A stretch of 60,794 nt of DNA, filler included, from a candidate division TA06 bacterium SM23_40 (GCA_001303705.1; 6 parts of 6 records of this genome joined end to end with filler, not necessarily neighbours in it); one strand, 5' to 3'; shown: positions 40,641-52,226, counted from the first letter of the whole stretch. Notes: generated from the sequence alone by a model not told the origin. Program-made: numbers and translations.

Positions 40641-40949
40641 CCGACGCGTAGTTGGAGGATGCGGGTCCGGCGCCGCAATCCTGATCCATCGCCGAGCGGT
40701 GGACCAGCGTGTACCGGCAGCCATCGGACAGGGGGCGGCGCCAGAAGGAGACTCCAGGTCGCCCACAAATCGATGGCTCGTTTTCTTTGACCGCTCTGGC
40801 GCGGTCCGGGCAGGACGTTCGCGGGCCCTGGAGTGATCACGCCACGGCAGACATGCCGAGCACCCGCCCTGAATCAGTGACGGCGGTGTTGAGGGTGAGA
40901 CTTGTTGAACCGCACCGACCGGCGACTACCTCAACCCGAGGAGGACACC

Positions 40950-41506
40950 ATGACACGGGAAACGCTCACACCAAAGCTACCGAGGGTCGTGGCCGGCCTG
41001 GCCCTCCTGTTCACGGTGATGCTGGTGGGCAGCGCGCTGGCCGGCATCAAGGCGGAGGTCACCATTACGAAGGGAGATGGGAATAGCGACAATATGTGGT
41101 CAGACCCCCCCGGAAACAACTGGAAGCCCTGGTGGGATGATACCCTCAAGCCCAATGACACACGAACCTTGGAGACTTGTCAGTGGATAAAGGTCGGCAC
41201 GAACGGTGGACTGGAGGCCACGTGCCGCTGCGGAATCGAGGGGTGCACGTGCAAGCTGAAGCTCCCCAAGCGCGGCAAATTCCATATCCCGGACCAGTGG
41301 GGCGACAACAGCCGACAGGATGAACCAACACTGTACGACGTTTCCCAGGGCATCCTGCAGATCCGCGGCGGAGCACCCGGGCCGGACTGCGGCCCGGGAA
41401 CTGAGGGCTGCGACAGTTACCTCGTCGGCTTCGATACTCCTGTGGCGCGCGCCTGGGGGCAGAGTCCGGAGCCACCCGGACTGGTAAGCTGGTTTGCCGC
41501 CGACTA
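40950..41506 (+). CDS. Secreted Cys-rich protein, possibly with a FecR-like domain (3' end truncated)
   Basis: SD GAGGAGG, signal peptide ending ALA; WIKVGTNG...VSQGILQI...FDTPVA spacing recalls FecR. Confidence 0.55.
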
Positions 41507-41606
41507 NNNNNNNNNNNNNNNNNNNNNNNNNNNNNNNNNNNNNNNNNNNNTTAATTAATTAANNNNNNNNNNNNNNNNNNNNNNNNNNNNNNNNNNNNNN
41601 NNNNNN
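41507..41606. other. Artificial contig spacer
   Basis: N44-TTAATTAATTAA-N44. Confidence 0.98.
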
Positions 41607-42118
41607 CCGACGAGGAAGCCGAGCAAGCCCGGGACTTCGCGGACGGCCTGCACAACACCGACCTGAAAGGCATTGATGCCCAGCTCCTCTTTAGCGAAAT
41701 TGTTGAACAGAACCCGCCAGACAGCATACCCCGAGTACAGGAAAAAGGTGCTTACGGCGATGGTGTGAATGCTGACATCTCTGCGCCTGAAGATCGATGA
41801 GCTCCTTTGCGTTGGCACCAGCTTCGCAGTCTGCGACGCCACCTGCCCCGGGGAGGTCGGGATGCCCGGCCTCGCCGTGCGTGTCCGGGCCTCGCTGTGC
41901 CTGCCCCGGCGTTGCGGTGCGTTCCGGCTGGCGTGTGGGACGCGGGCATGTGGGGCGCTGACCTGTGAGGCGCCGGCGTGTGGAGCGCCAGCGTGCGGGG
42001 TGCGAGTGGACGCGGGGCTATTGGACGGCGCGCTGGCGGGCAGTACGTCTGGCTGCTGATCGGCGCACGGTCGCAGACGGATCTGAGTCGGATATCTGAA
42101 CGGGAGGCGCTGTCGCAA
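41607..42118 (-). CDS. MFS transporter N-terminus (truncated; true start uncertain, possibly near 41780)
   Basis: FFLYSGYAVWRVLFNNFAKEELGINAFQVGVVQAVREVPGLLGF. Confidence 0.65.
41930..42004. repeat. Five degenerate tandem 15-bp repeats
   Basis: GCGTGTGGGACGCGG / GCATGTGGGGCGCTG / ACCTGTGAGGCGCCG / GCGTGTGGAGCGCCA / GCGTGCGGGGTGCGA. Confidence 0.7.
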
Positions 42119-42128
42119 TCGGCGCTCC

Positions 42129-43325
42129 TCACAGCGCCCGGCGGTAGATCTCTATGATCGCCTCGCGATCGAGCGGACGTGGATTGGTGATGAACTCCTC
42201 TCCCCTGCCGTACACACGGAGGGCGTCGTCGGCCATCATTCCGAACTTGCTGTCATCGATGCCGCAATCGGAGAGCTTCGTCTCCATCTTCACGGATCTC
42301 ATCCAGGCACGCAACTCCTCGATGCCGGCACAGGCTGTCTCGCTCTCCGTGAGCCCCTCATCCTTGAGGCCGAAGATCTCGCGCCCGAACAGCGCGTAGC
42401 GCTCGGGAGTCGTCTCCGATGTGAATTCCATGACCACAGGCAGAAGGGCCGCGAGGCCTCTGCCGTGACTGATGTCGTAGTGTCCGCTCAGCGAGTGCTG
42501 GAGTACATGTATGGGAGCCGAAGAGCCCCTCCTCGGGCTCCCGATGACGCCGCAGAGGGCGACGGTGCTGCACCATGACAGGTTGCTTCTCGCTTCGAGG
42601 TCATCCCCATTCTCCATCGCCCTCGGGAGATACTCCATCACTGTCCTCACGATGCCCTCGGCGATCCTGTCAGAGAGCGGGCTTTCCGTTGACGATGTGA
42701 AGTAGGTGTCGACCGCATGGCAGATGATATCGATCCCGCCATCACCGGTGACATGAGGGGGAACAGAGAGCGTCAGTTCCGGGTCGATGATCGACGTGGC
42801 CGGGAATAGATGGTATCCCCAGATGACTGCCTTCTCGTGTGTATCCCAGTTGGTGACGACGGCGCCGCCGTTTCCTTCCGATCCGGTGGCAGCGACAGTG
42901 GGGACGAGAAGGATGGGGAGTGCCTCGGTGCTCCGCACGTGTCCCGGAAGCCACGTCGCGATGTGCGCCCAGATCGGCTCGCCGCTTTTCACGCAGGCTG
43001 CGATCGCCTTGGCGGCATCCATCGGACTGCCGCCGCCCAGCCCGATCACCAGGTCACACCCGGCTTCCCTGGCCTTCGCTGCGCCTCGGTCGATCGTCGC
43101 CGCTCTGGGGTTCGGCTCGACCTCATCGAAGAAGACAGGCGAAACGCCCGCCCGCCTCAGCGCTGAACCGACTCTGTCGAGAACGCCGAGTTTTCTCATC
43201 GACGTCTTCCCCGTCACGACCAGCGCTCGCTTCCCCAGGGCGTTCGCCTCGGCTCCAATCGTCTCGATCTTTCCCGGTCCGAATATGATCTTGGTCCGGA
43301 ATTTCCACATGAACGAATCCATCAT
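42129..43325 (-). CDS. Iron-containing alcohol dehydrogenase
   Basis: [44 protein letters not shown]. Confidence 0.92.
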   Translation of the reverse strand: MMDSFMWKFRTKIIFGPGKIETIGAEANALGKRALVVTGKTSMRKLGVLDRVGSALRRAGVSPVFFDEVEPNPRAATIDRGAAKAREAGCDLVIGLGGGSPMDAAKAIAACVKSGEPIWAHIATWLPGHVRSTEALPILLVPTVAATGSEGNGGAVVTNWDTHEKAVIWGYHLFPATSIIDPELTLSVPPHVTGDGGIDIICHAVDTYFTSSTESPLSDRIAEGIVRTVMEYLPRAMENGDDLEARSNLSWCSTVALCGVIGSPRRGSSAPIHVLQHSLSGHYDISHGRGLAALLPVVMEFTSETTPERYALFGREIFGLKDEGLTESETACAGIEELRAWMRSVKMETKLSDCGIDDSKFGMMADDALRVYGRGEEFITNPRPLDREAIIEIYRRAL

Positions 43326-43413
43326 ACTCCTCCAACCCTTACTCCACCATTATCTCAGTACTCGCGTCGCGCCGGCTCGATTCCCTCGACAAGATTGACC
43401 TCAACGAGGTCCA

Positions 43414-45393
43414 CTATGTCGCTTCCCGTCTTTCTGACGATCCTTCTGGCCCCCCGCGCACACTGTACAGCACAAGCAGCGCCGCCAGGATCCCGAACAT
43501 GAGGAGGGAGACGAGACCGGTCAGGGGCCCCATCCATGCACCATCCGCCTCCAGGGGCACGAGCCTGGAGAGATCGACCCGCCTCCACGCAAAGAACGCG
43601 AGGATTATCCCCATCACTGCCCCGCCCGCGATGAGACCGGAAGCAAACAGAACGCCGCGGTCTGTACGCCGTTTCTTCACCCCGGCATCCCTCACTCTGC
43701 CCACCCCCCACCGCACGAGGCCGCCCGCCATGACAGGTGTGCTGAGCGATATGGGGAGGTACAGACCGACAGCAAACGGCAGGGACGGGATCCTCATCAG
43801 TTCCACTACAGCCGCGATTGCGGCGCCCACGAAGACGAGAGCCCAGGGAAGGGTACGGGTCATCACCCCCTCCACGACAAGCGACATGAGTGTCGCCTGG
43901 GGAGCCGACAGTTGCTCGGACGGGATGCCGTATGCGCTATTGAGGAGGAAGATCGTCCAGCCGACGAACAGGGCTGACGTGAGCACGCCCACCAGCTCGC
44001 CCATCTGCTGGCGTCTGGGAGTGGCGCCCACGAGGTAGCCGGTCTTGAGATCCTGCGAGACGTCGCCGGCGATGCAGAGCGCGATGCAGACGAGAGCGCC
44101 CACCGAGAGGGCAGCAACCTTCCCCTCAGTTCCGGTCCATCCCAGGGCGTGGAAGATGAGCGCCGTGGCGAGCAGTGTAGCGATCGTCATGCCGGAGACC
44201 GGGTTCGATGAGCTGCCGATCAGTCCCACGATGCGTGAGGAGACGGTCACGAAGAAGAAGGCGAAGACGGCGACGAGAAGGGCGCCGAGTAGGCCGACAT
44301 GGATGAACGGCATGAGCCAGGCCAATAGTGCGACAGCGAGCACTCCCCCGAGGACTAAGGACATGGGAAGGTCGCGTTCGGTCCGCGGGCGTTCCGGCGG
44401 CGGCCCGCCTGGACCTATCCTCTTCGGGCCCAAACCCTGCATGACTTCCCTGAATCCGGCTCCGAGCGAGGAGACGATCGTGGGGCCGGCTCTGATCAGG
44501 CTCACGATACCGCCGAGCGCCACGGCACCTGCGCCCATGTATCTGATATAGCTGTTCCAGATGTCGCTCGGCTCCAGTTCGCTTATTGGCTGCGCTGCCG
44601 CCGGGAGGAATGCACCGAGCCTGTCCCCGAAGACCGTCAGGATCGGTATGAGAACGAGCCACGCGAGTACCCCGCCGGCACAGACATAGGAGGCGATGCG
44701 GGGGCCGATGATGTACCCCACACCGAGGAGCTCAGGGGTGAGATCGATCCCGATCTGGGCTCCACGTACCGGTCTGACGTTCCAGTGCGGGGAGTGCTCC
44801 CAGTACCTGAATCCCATGAGATAGTAGTTGTACAGCGCCCCGATGCCGACGCCGGTAAACACGGTCCTCGCCTTGGTCCCCCCTTCGTCCCCGGCGATGA
44901 GCACTTCGGCGCAAGCAGTGCCCTCAGGATACGGGAGCCGGCCGTGCTCGCGCACGATGAGGTACCGTCTGAGCGGGATCATGAACAGAACACCGAGCAC
45001 CCCGCCGAGAAGAGACATGACGAATATCTCGAGGATCGGGATCTCCAGGCCCCAGATGATCAGTGCGGGAATAGTGAATATGACCCCCGCTGCCAGGGAT
45101 TCTCCTGCCGACCCGATGGTCTGGACCATGTTGTTCTCGAGGACCGTGCCCCGCTTGAGCAGCCCTCGGAGGATCCCCATCGATATGACGGCCGCGGGAA
45201 TCGAAGCGCTGACGGTCATGCCGACGCGGAGCCCGAGATAGGCATTCGCCGCTCCGAAGACGATGCCCACAAGAGAGCCGAGCACGATCGATTTGACGGT
45301 GATCTCTGAGGCGACGAACTCATCCGTCACGTACGGCTGGAACGGCTCTTCTTCGGCGGTCTGGACGTCAGTCTGTCTCGCGCCTGGTCTCAT
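43414..45393 (-). CDS. OPT-family oligopeptide transporter
   Basis: [69 protein letters not shown] overlap with the upstream DGC. Confidence 0.93.
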   Translation of the reverse strand: MRPGARQTDVQTAEEEPFQPYVTDEFVASEITVKSIVLGSLVGIVFGAANAYLGLRVGMTVSASIPAAVISMGILRGLLKRGTVLENNMVQTIGSAGESLAAGVIFTIPALIIWGLEIPILEIFVMSLLGGVLGVLFMIPLRRYLIVREHGRLPYPEGTACAEVLIAGDEGGTKARTVFTGVGIGALYNYYLMGFRYWEHSPHWNVRPVRGAQIGIDLTPELLGVGYIIGPRIASYVCAGGVLAWLVLIPILTVFGDRLGAFLPAAAQPISELEPSDIWNSYIRYMGAGAVALGGIVSLIRAGPTIVSSLGAGFREVMQGLGPKRIGPGGPPPERPRTERDLPMSLVLGGVLAVALLAWLMPFIHVGLLGALLVAVFAFFFVTVSSRIVGLIGSSSNPVSGMTIATLLATALIFHALGWTGTEGKVAALSVGALVCIALCIAGDVSQDLKTGYLVGATPRRQQMGELVGVLTSALFVGWTIFLLNSAYGIPSEQLSAPQATLMSLVVEGVMTRTLPWALVFVGAAIAAVVELMRIPSLPFAVGLYLPISLSTPVMAGGLVRWGVGRVRDAGVKKRRTDRGVLFASGLIAGGAVMGIILAFFAWRRVDLSRLVPLEADGAWMGPLTGLVSLLMFGILAALLVLYSVRGGPEGSSERREAT

Positions 45394-47522
45394 AGCTCTG
45401 ATTCGACCTCCTCTGCACATCGCACCTGGTTGCGGCCTAGATTCTTGGCCCGGTATAGAGCTTGATCTGCCCGTCCAACCAGTGACTCCGCATCCTCGGC
45501 ATCGCGAGGGTAGGCTGCGGCGCCGATCGATGCGGTCACTGACATCATTGTATCATTGCTAGTGAACATACGCGTCTCGATCCTCTCGCGTATGCGCTCA
45601 GCGATCTTCAGTCCATAATCGAGATCAGTCTCCACCAGGACGATCGCGAACTCCTCTCCCCCGTATCTCGCCAGGGAGTCGACCGTACGGACACATTCAC
45701 GCAAGATCGAGGCGATGTCCCGCAGCACCGCATCTCCCGCCGGATGTCCGTATCGATCGTTGAGAGCCTTGAAGCGGTCGATATCGAGCATCAGTAGTGT
45801 CAGAGGCTTACGGCTCCGGCGCGATCGCTCTATCTCCAGGGAGAAGACCTCCCAGAACCTCTTATGGTTTAGCAGCCCGGTCAACCCATCGTGGATGGCC
45901 ATCTCCTCCATCTCTTCATACAGCTCGGCGCGGTTCACTGCCACCGATGCCTGAGCTACGATGAGTGAAACTACCTCCGCGATGCTGTCGGTGAAGTAGT
46001 CGGACGTTCGATGTTCCATACTGAGTACGCCGATACATCGGTCCTCGAGGATCATGGGCACGCCGAGGAATGAGTGGACGCCGATCCATTCAATGTCTGC
46101 CGAGTACACAGGGACGCGCCGCCGCCGCTGGGTGAGATCGGGTATCCGGAGGACCCGCTTGTGGCGTGCCACCCAACCCACCAGTCCTGTCATCAGACTG
46201 AAGTCATGCCCCTCCATCAACTCCGACTCAACTCCCCGGGCGAGAACGATCCTCCCGGCGCGACGGTCCGTATCCACAACAGAGAGCACGATCCGCTCGC
46301 ATCCCACTATTCTCTGTGTTGCATCCGCCAGTACGCCGAGCACCTCGCGCGGCCTCAGTTTGTCGGAGAATCGGCGGGCCATTCCGTACAGCGCCGACAC
46401 CTCGCTCAACGTCATCGCCGACTGGGCCTCGGCGCGTGCGTAACGGAGGATGTGAGATGTGACACCCGCGAACTGTTCGAGGCGATCCCGTTCAGGCCAT
46501 GCGAACGCCGCCCGCTCCTCGCTGTCGACGAGGACGACCCCCTCGAGGCTGCCATCGATGAGTACCGGCACGGCGACTATGGAGGCGATGCCGGCTGGAT
46601 CCCGGTAGTAGCCCAGGGACCCTGATGAACGACCCAAGTGCTCCACAAGGAGGTACTTCTTCTCCTTCGCGACCCATCCCACAACTCCCGAACCGATCTG
46701 GATCGCAGCATCCTCGATAATCTCTGCACTGTGACTGCGGTGTGCCCGCATCACCAGTGTCTCCGCTTCGCGATCGAAAATGAAGATCGCCACCGTATGG
46801 CACTCGAATGAACGAAAGATCGAATCGGCCACGCTCTGGAGGACTTCTTCCAGGAGGCGGACTGCGGCGACGATTCTCTCGTGGTCTCCGCGGTGGGACA
46901 GCGCCTCGATCACCTCATCCTCCTCCACCTCTTCCAGAGGCTTCACTCCCAAGGTACGGACCCTGGATTCCATCCTCGACAGCTGGTCAGTGGCCGCCTT
47001 CGTGAGGACTCGCTGTCGCAAGAAGAAGTCCCCGATCAGCCACCCGAAGAACAGAAACAGACCCATGCGCAGCGTGATGGCCTGCCAGAAAAGAAGAATC
47101 GACCCATGTACTGCGGCCGAGCTCATCTCGAGCATGAATGCACCAGCCGTGACGGCGATGCTCCACTGGAGACGTCCCGCCACTGCGGGAACGAGAGGAA
47201 GTAACAAGTAGAAGGGAAAGAGCGGGGAGTCCGGTCCGCCGGTAAGCTGGACCATCGTGTTGACGGCCACCACTCCGACCAGGAGAGCGAACGGGGATAG
47301 CCATTTGAAGGCGAGCCCCTCCTCGCGCTGTTTGATGGCCAGCACCAACAGCGTGGCTCCTGCGGCGAGCCCGAGGAAGAGTGAGAGCGCAGCCCGCGGA
47401 GGCTCGTACAGCCAGCCCAACGCACTGAATGCCAGGACGACAACGAGGGCGACCAGCGGGCCGTGATCCCTCACCATCCGCCCGTATTGGATCCGTCCTC
47501 GCCGTCTGAGTCTCTCCAACAC
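45390..47522 (-). CDS. Membrane diguanylate cyclase (TM-GAF-GAF-GGDEF)
   Basis: About 5-6 TM segments, two GAF domains, DGLTGLLN, DIDRFK.LND.YGH..GD, I-site RTVD, RYGGEEF. Confidence 0.93.
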   Translation of the reverse strand: MLERLRRRGRIQYGRMVRDHGPLVALVVVLAFSALGWLYEPPRAALSLFLGLAAGATLLVLAIKQREEGLAFKWLSPFALLVGVVAVNTMVQLTGGPDSPLFPFYLLLPLVPAVAGRLQWSIAVTAGAFMLEMSSAAVHGSILLFWQAITLRMGLFLFFGWLIGDFFLRQRVLTKAATDQLSRMESRVRTLGVKPLEEVEEDEVIEALSHRGDHERIVAAVRLLEEVLQSVADSIFRSFECHTVAIFIFDREAETLVMRAHRSHSAEIIEDAAIQIGSGVVGWVAKEKKYLLVEHLGRSSGSLGYYRDPAGIASIVAVPVLIDGSLEGVVLVDSEERAAFAWPERDRLEQFAGVTSHILRYARAEAQSAMTLSEVSALYGMARRFSDKLRPREVLGVLADATQRIVGCERIVLSVVDTDRRAGRIVLARGVESELMEGHDFSLMTGLVGWVARHKRVLRIPDLTQRRRRVPVYSADIEWIGVHSFLGVPMILEDRCIGVLSMEHRTSDYFTDSIAEVVSLIVAQASVAVNRAELYEEMEEMAIHDGLTGLLNHKRFWEVFSLEIERSRRSRKPLTLLMLDIDRFKALNDRYGHPAGDAVLRDIASILRECVRTVDSLARYGGEEFAIVLVETDLDYGLKIAERIRERIETRMFTSNDTMMSVTASIGAAAYPRDAEDAESLVGRADQALYRAKNLGRNQVRCAEEVESEL

Positions 47523-47547
47523 TTGCTCTTTACCCGTAGAGTGGAGT

Positions 47548-48846
47548 CTAGTCTGGCAATCGCGCCAGCGCCGTGCCCCGGTAGTAGTGCTCTAGGATCT
47601 TCTCGAAACTGTACCCTGCCTGAGCCATGCCTTTCGCGCCCCACTGACACATCCCCGCGCCATGCCCCCATCCCTTCCCGCGGATAATGACGTGCGAACC
47701 ACGCCGCGTAAGACCGAAGCAGGGACTGTACACTGTCCGCCCCGATCGCTCATCGGTCAGAACTTGCCTGGCCTGGGCTGCGTCGAGCTCGTAGCGTCCG
47801 TGGCTGGTTATCACTTCCAGTGTACGCACCCGGCCGCTCGATGTGCGGTGCTTGATGCGGACGGCCCTCACCTGCCCGATAGCGTATTGTGAAGTACACA
47901 GCACCTCCCCGAGGTTTGAGGCTACATGAGAATGGAACGCGCCTTGCGGCCATTGACACTCCCACTCGAACCGCGGTGAGTCGCGGCAGAACGCCCTGCC
48001 TCCCCGACGATGATCTTCAGTATCATAGGTTCCCCGCAGGTATGGCACGTTCTTCCGTCCCCAGAGTTCTCTCGCATCGGCGGTGCGGCCTCCACATGTC
48101 GAATGGTACACCGCCTCGATGACGCTCCCCTCATTCACGAGGACCATGCCACGAGTAGCACTCACCGCTCGGTCTGTCACGGGCCACTCGGCCATTACGC
48201 CGCCATACACCTGATCACGTTCGTCAGCCTGGAGATCGTACCCCTCCTGGGCATACCTGCCGATGTGTGAGACGGCATAGCTCCGTGCTGCCACGGCCTG
48301 TGCCTTCGCCGCCTCGATCTGTTCCTCCCCCACCGCCCCGATCTCTTTGGGCACGACACCACGCAGGTAATCCTCGAGACCCACTACGTTGATCGCGAGG
48401 TACGAACCGTCGCGCCTGCGGCGGATCTGGAGCGATCCCCTGTACCGGTTCCCGTTTACGATGACCAGTCCTCCGCGCCCCTTGGGCACGAGTCGTATCG
48501 GGAAGGCAACATCCTTGACGCGGTGGCCCCGGCGGCTCTCGAGAGCCGGCCGACCTCCCACCAACCGTAGGCGCCAGATGCTGCCCGGCCGGTCGGTAGT
48601 GCCGCGCTTCCCCACAATGAGATCGAAGGAGACGTTGGATGTGACGGCAAGGTCGTTGACGCCGCTCAGGACCGCCACCCGGATCAGGTGTCCCCCGGCG
48701 GCCATCTCCTCCGGTCCGACGGCCGGCCCACGATGTGCCGCGAATCGAGGAGTCGTTGTGGCGCAGCCGGCTCCCAGGAGAGCGACCACAAGACCTGCCA
48801 TCCACGGGAGCCGCGGAACGGAGCCTCCGGACCGTCTAATCACCAC
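47548..48846 (-). CDS. SpoIID/LytB-domain lipoprotein
   Basis: Lipobox LGAGC, LEDYLRGVVPKE, KAQAVAARSYA, YHSTCGG, GWGHGAGMCQWGA, ILEHYY. Confidence 0.92.
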   Translation of the reverse strand: MVIRRSGGSVPRLPWMAGLVVALLGAGCATTTPRFAAHRGPAVGPEEMAAGGHLIRVAVLSGVNDLAVTSNVSFDLIVGKRGTTDRPGSIWRLRLVGGRPALESRRGHRVKDVAFPIRLVPKGRGGLVIVNGNRYRGSLQIRRRRDGSYLAINVVGLEDYLRGVVPKEIGAVGEEQIEAAKAQAVAARSYAVSHIGRYAQEGYDLQADERDQVYGGVMAEWPVTDRAVSATRGMVLVNEGSVIEAVYHSTCGGRTADARELWGRKNVPYLRGTYDTEDHRRGGRAFCRDSPRFEWECQWPQGAFHSHVASNLGEVLCTSQYAIGQVRAVRIKHRTSSGRVRTLEVITSHGRYELDAAQARQVLTDERSGRTVYSPCFGLTRRGSHVIIRGKGWGHGAGMCQWGAKGMAQAGYSFEKILEHYYRGTALARLPD

Positions 48847-48855
48847 GCTTCTCCC

Positions 48856-49368
48856 CTAGGTGCGTCGTTCAAGCAGTGTGATGTTTCGACGCATGGCTGT
48901 CCAGTGGGAACCGCGCCAGTAGAATTTGTCGCAGTCTGGACAGTACCCGAACTCTGCGTGAGTCTCGAAGATGTATGGAGGCACCCGGTCACGCGCCCGC
49001 GAGCGCGCCGCGTGCACGAGTTCCGCATTGCACTCAGCACAGCGCGTGAAGGGATGCATCTCGTGCACGAGCCTGAAACGGGCATTCAGTTCTGCAAGCT
49101 GCTCTGCGACGGTCTCGCTCTCAAGCACCACGACCCGGGGACGCTCGGTACCCGCCAGTTGCCTGTTTCTCGTAAGAACGAGACGATCCTCGGTGAGCGC
49201 GATCCTCATGATCTCCGGATCGGCGGGCCGTCCCAGGTAGACCGCGTCGAATCCGAGCACGCGAAGCCATGTTGCGAGACGCCCGGCCATGAAATCGACC
49301 ACAAACCGCAACTCTTGGCCGTTCCCGCGCCTCGAATTCTCATCGGTGGTGTTCATGGTGGTGATCAT
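48856..49368 (-). CDS. Mut7-C (PIN-fold) RNase-domain protein with zinc ribbon
   Basis: FVVDFMAGRLATWLRVLGFD, RCAECN, CPDCDKFYWRGSH. Confidence 0.88.
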   Translation of the reverse strand: MITTMNTTDENSRRGNGQELRFVVDFMAGRLATWLRVLGFDAVYLGRPADPEIMRIALTEDRLVLTRNRQLAGTERPRVVVLESETVAEQLAELNARFRLVHEMHPFTRCAECNAELVHAARSRARDRVPPYIFETHAEFGYCPDCDKFYWRGSHWTAMRRNITLLERRT

Positions 49369-49519
49369 CGCCGCCGCTCATACGAGGATATGCAGTCGCA
49401 CGAGGCTCATAAGATCTATGTCCGGCTGCCCTCAGTGGCAGGTCAGCGCACGTTCCGGCTGCGGGCAGTTCCGGAACGATGATCCACATCAGTGATGGGT
49501 CAACGCGGCGCGCAGCCCA

Positions 49520-50791
49520 TCACCTCAAGCGCTCGAGTCCGTCCATGTACGGTCGGAGCGCTTCGGGGATGACGACTGACCCATCCTCCTGTTGGTAGTG
49601 TTCAATGATGGCCACGACGGTTCTCGGCGTCGCCAGCGCGGAGGCGTTGAGTGTGTGGACGAGCTCCGTGCCGGTCTTTCCCGAGCGTCTGACGCGCACA
49701 TTTGCCCGCCTGGCCTGGAAGTCCTCGAAGTTGCTCGCCGATGAGACCTCGAGCCACTGCGCCACGCCGGGAGCCCACACTTCGAGGTCATAGCACTTGG
49801 CTGCCGCGAAGCTGAGTTCCCGCGTCGCCAGGCAGACGACGCGGTAGGGCAGACCGAGGCGCTGCAGCACGTCTTCTGCATCGGAGAGCAGCGTCTCGAG
49901 CTCCTCGTACGATGACTCAGAAACGACGAACTTCACGAGTTCCACCTTGTTGAACTGATGGATACGGAGCAGCCCCCGAGTATCTCTTCCGTATGATCCG
50001 GCCTCCCTCCTGAAACAGGCAGTATAGGCGGCATACTTCAGCGGGAGCTGGTCCTCACGGAGCACCTCCTCGCGGTGCAGATTCGTGATCGGCACCTCTC
50101 CCGTGGGATTGAGGAACAGATCATCCACCTCACACCGATACATGTCCTCTTCCAGTTTCGGGAGCTGGCCTGTGGCGAACATTGCCTCTCGGTTCGTCAG
50201 GAACGGAGGAAAGACCTCTGTATATCCCTTCTCCTTTGTGCTGACGTCGAGCATGAAGTTGATGAGCGCCCGTTCGAGACGGGCGCCCAGGCCGCGGTAC
50301 AGCACGAAGTGAGCGCCGGCGATCTTCGACGCCGCCTCGAAGTCGAGCAGACCCAGGGTCTTACCGATCTCCCAATGAGGGAGTGGGGAGAACGAGAACT
50401 CTCTGGGCTTTCCCCAGTCTCTCACCACCTCGTTTGCCGTCACGTCACCTACGGGCACAGAGGGATGCGGTATGTTCGGGATGGCTGCTCGGAGCTCGGT
50501 CAGCTCGGTGTCGATCGTACGGATCTTCTGGTCGAGTTCCTTGATCTGCGATGAGAGGGCCTTCATGTCGGCAATCTGTCCGGCCGCATCCTGCCCGTCC
50601 CGCTTGAGTCGGGCAATCGTCTCCGACGCGGTGTTATGTTCATGCCGGAGGCGGTCCCTCTCACCCACCACCTCGCGGCGCACGCCATCGAGTTCGAGGT
50701 AGCGATCGAAATCGACGGCCTCGCCCTTATCCTGTATCGCTTTCCTCACACGGTCAGCATTCTCGCGTATGAATCGGACTTCCAGCATCAC
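49520..50791 (-). CDS. serS: Serine--tRNA ligase
   Basis: PNIPHPSVPVG, TGQLPK, CFRREAGSYGRDTRGLLRIHQFNKVE, VHTLN. Confidence 0.97.
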   Translation of the reverse strand: MMLEVRFIRENADRVRKAIQDKGEAVDFDRYLELDGVRREVVGERDRLRHEHNTASETIARLKRDGQDAAGQIADMKALSSQIKELDQKIRTIDTELTELRAAIPNIPHPSVPVGDVTANEVVRDWGKPREFSFSPLPHWEIGKTLGLLDFEAASKIAGAHFVLYRGLGARLERALINFMLDVSTKEKGYTEVFPPFLTNREAMFATGQLPKLEEDMYRCEVDDLFLNPTGEVPITNLHREEVLREDQLPLKYAAYTACFRREAGSYGRDTRGLLRIHQFNKVELVKFVVSESSYEELETLLSDAEDVLQRLGLPYRVVCLATRELSFAAAKCYDLEVWAPGVAQWLEVSSASNFEDFQARRANVRVRRSGKTGTELVHTLNASALATPRTVVAIIEHYQQEDGSVVIPEALRPYMDGLERLR

Positions 50792-51145
50792 AGTTCCTTT
50801 CGTACTCGATCATCAGAGGCTACACCATACGGCAGGACGCGGGGCAAGTCAAGCGCAAAAGGCAGTTGCCAGTCCGGGGAACGGCGTATTCTATAGGACC
50901 CCCGTGAGGGCGTGAGCTGTCGCTGCATGAGCGTGGCCTGCGGGAGAATGGGCATGGAGCCGTGGGAACTCGAGCGTGGCCCGTCCGAGGGTGGCAATGG
51001 AGCTGTCAGGACCTGAGCCCGGGCCCGCCGGAGGATGAGGATGGAGTCCTCGGGAGATAGCCCGGTGGCTCTCGGGATATGAGCAGGACGAACAGTGAGA
51101 TGCGAGCGGGACGAAGAGTCAAGGTGAACGAGAAGGTGAACGACG

Positions 51146-51189
51146 AAGAAAGCCGGCGAGCAGGTACCGTTCCGGTACCGCTCGCCGGC
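51146..51189 (-). terminator. Intrinsic terminator of an upstream gene beyond the contig end
   Basis: GCCGGCGAGCGGTACC-loop-GGTACCTGCTCGCCGGC then TTTCTT on the minus strand. Confidence 0.6.
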
Positions 51190-51212
51190 GTTGTACACAT
51201 CTCAGTCCTCAG

Positions 51213-51312
51213 NNNNNNNNNNNNNNNNNNNNNNNNNNNNNNNNNNNNNNNNNNNNTTAATTAATTAANNNNNNNNNNNNNNNNNNNNNNNNNNNNNNNN
51301 NNNNNNNNNNNN
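51213..51312. other. Artificial contig spacer
   Basis: N44-TTAATTAATTAA-N44. Confidence 0.98.
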
Positions 51313-52226
51313 TGCGCATTCACGTGCAGGGGACAGGCGGCCTGACAGGGCGGGGTGCCCTGACGGTCGATGACGAATTTGTTGGGAACGGCCTGAGGAA
51401 ACGGCCGGTAGATGGCCGTGCGCCGGGACAGGCCTTTGTCGAACTCGTTCCACATGGTAACGGGACAGACCTCGCTGCATGCTCCGCAGCCCGTGCACCT
51501 GTCCCAGTCCACGAAGGCGGCACGCCGCCTCACCCGAACATTGAAGTTGCCCACGAAGCCGGCGATAGAATCCACTTCTGAGTAGGCAAGGAGAGTAATG
51601 TTGGGATGCTGGTCGACCGCCACCATCTTCGGGGTCATGATGCACTGAGGGCAGTCGAGGGTGGGAAAGGTCTCGGATAACTGCACCATCCGCCCGCCAA
51701 TCGACGAGGTCTTCTCCACGAGGTAGACCTCGATCCCCGCATCGGCGATGTCGAGCGCCGTCTGGATGCCGGCCACGCCGCCTCCGATCACCAGGGCGCG
51801 TCGGGTCACCGGCATCGTGAGGGGCACCAGCGATTGATTCCTTCTCAGCTTCTCTACCGTCGCCTGGATAATCCTGACCGCCTTTCGCGTCGCCTGTTCC
51901 GGATCCCGGGCATGCGGCCAGCTGCACTGTTCCCGGATGTTCGCCACTTCGCAGCGGTACGGGTTGAGGCCAACCGAGGCCACTGCGTTCCGGAACGTGA
52001 CCTCATGGAGTGTGGGACTGCAGTTTGCTACGATGACTCCATCGAGCGCCTGCTCGATCACCGCCTCTCTCACCATGAGCTGCCCCGGATCAGAGCACAG
52101 GTACTTATTCTGGTCGGCATGCACCACGCCGGGATACTTACTCACCTCTTCCACGACCCGATCTATGTCGATCGTCCCGCCTATGTTCAGGCCGCAGTGA
52201 CATACAAACACGCCGATACGTTTCAT
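51313..52226 (-). CDS. hdrA: Heterodisulfide reductase subunit A-like protein (3' end truncated)
   Basis: RIGVFVCHCGLNI, NIREQCSW, GGGVAG, TFPTLDC, CTGCGACSEVCP, FPQAVP. Confidence 0.93.
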
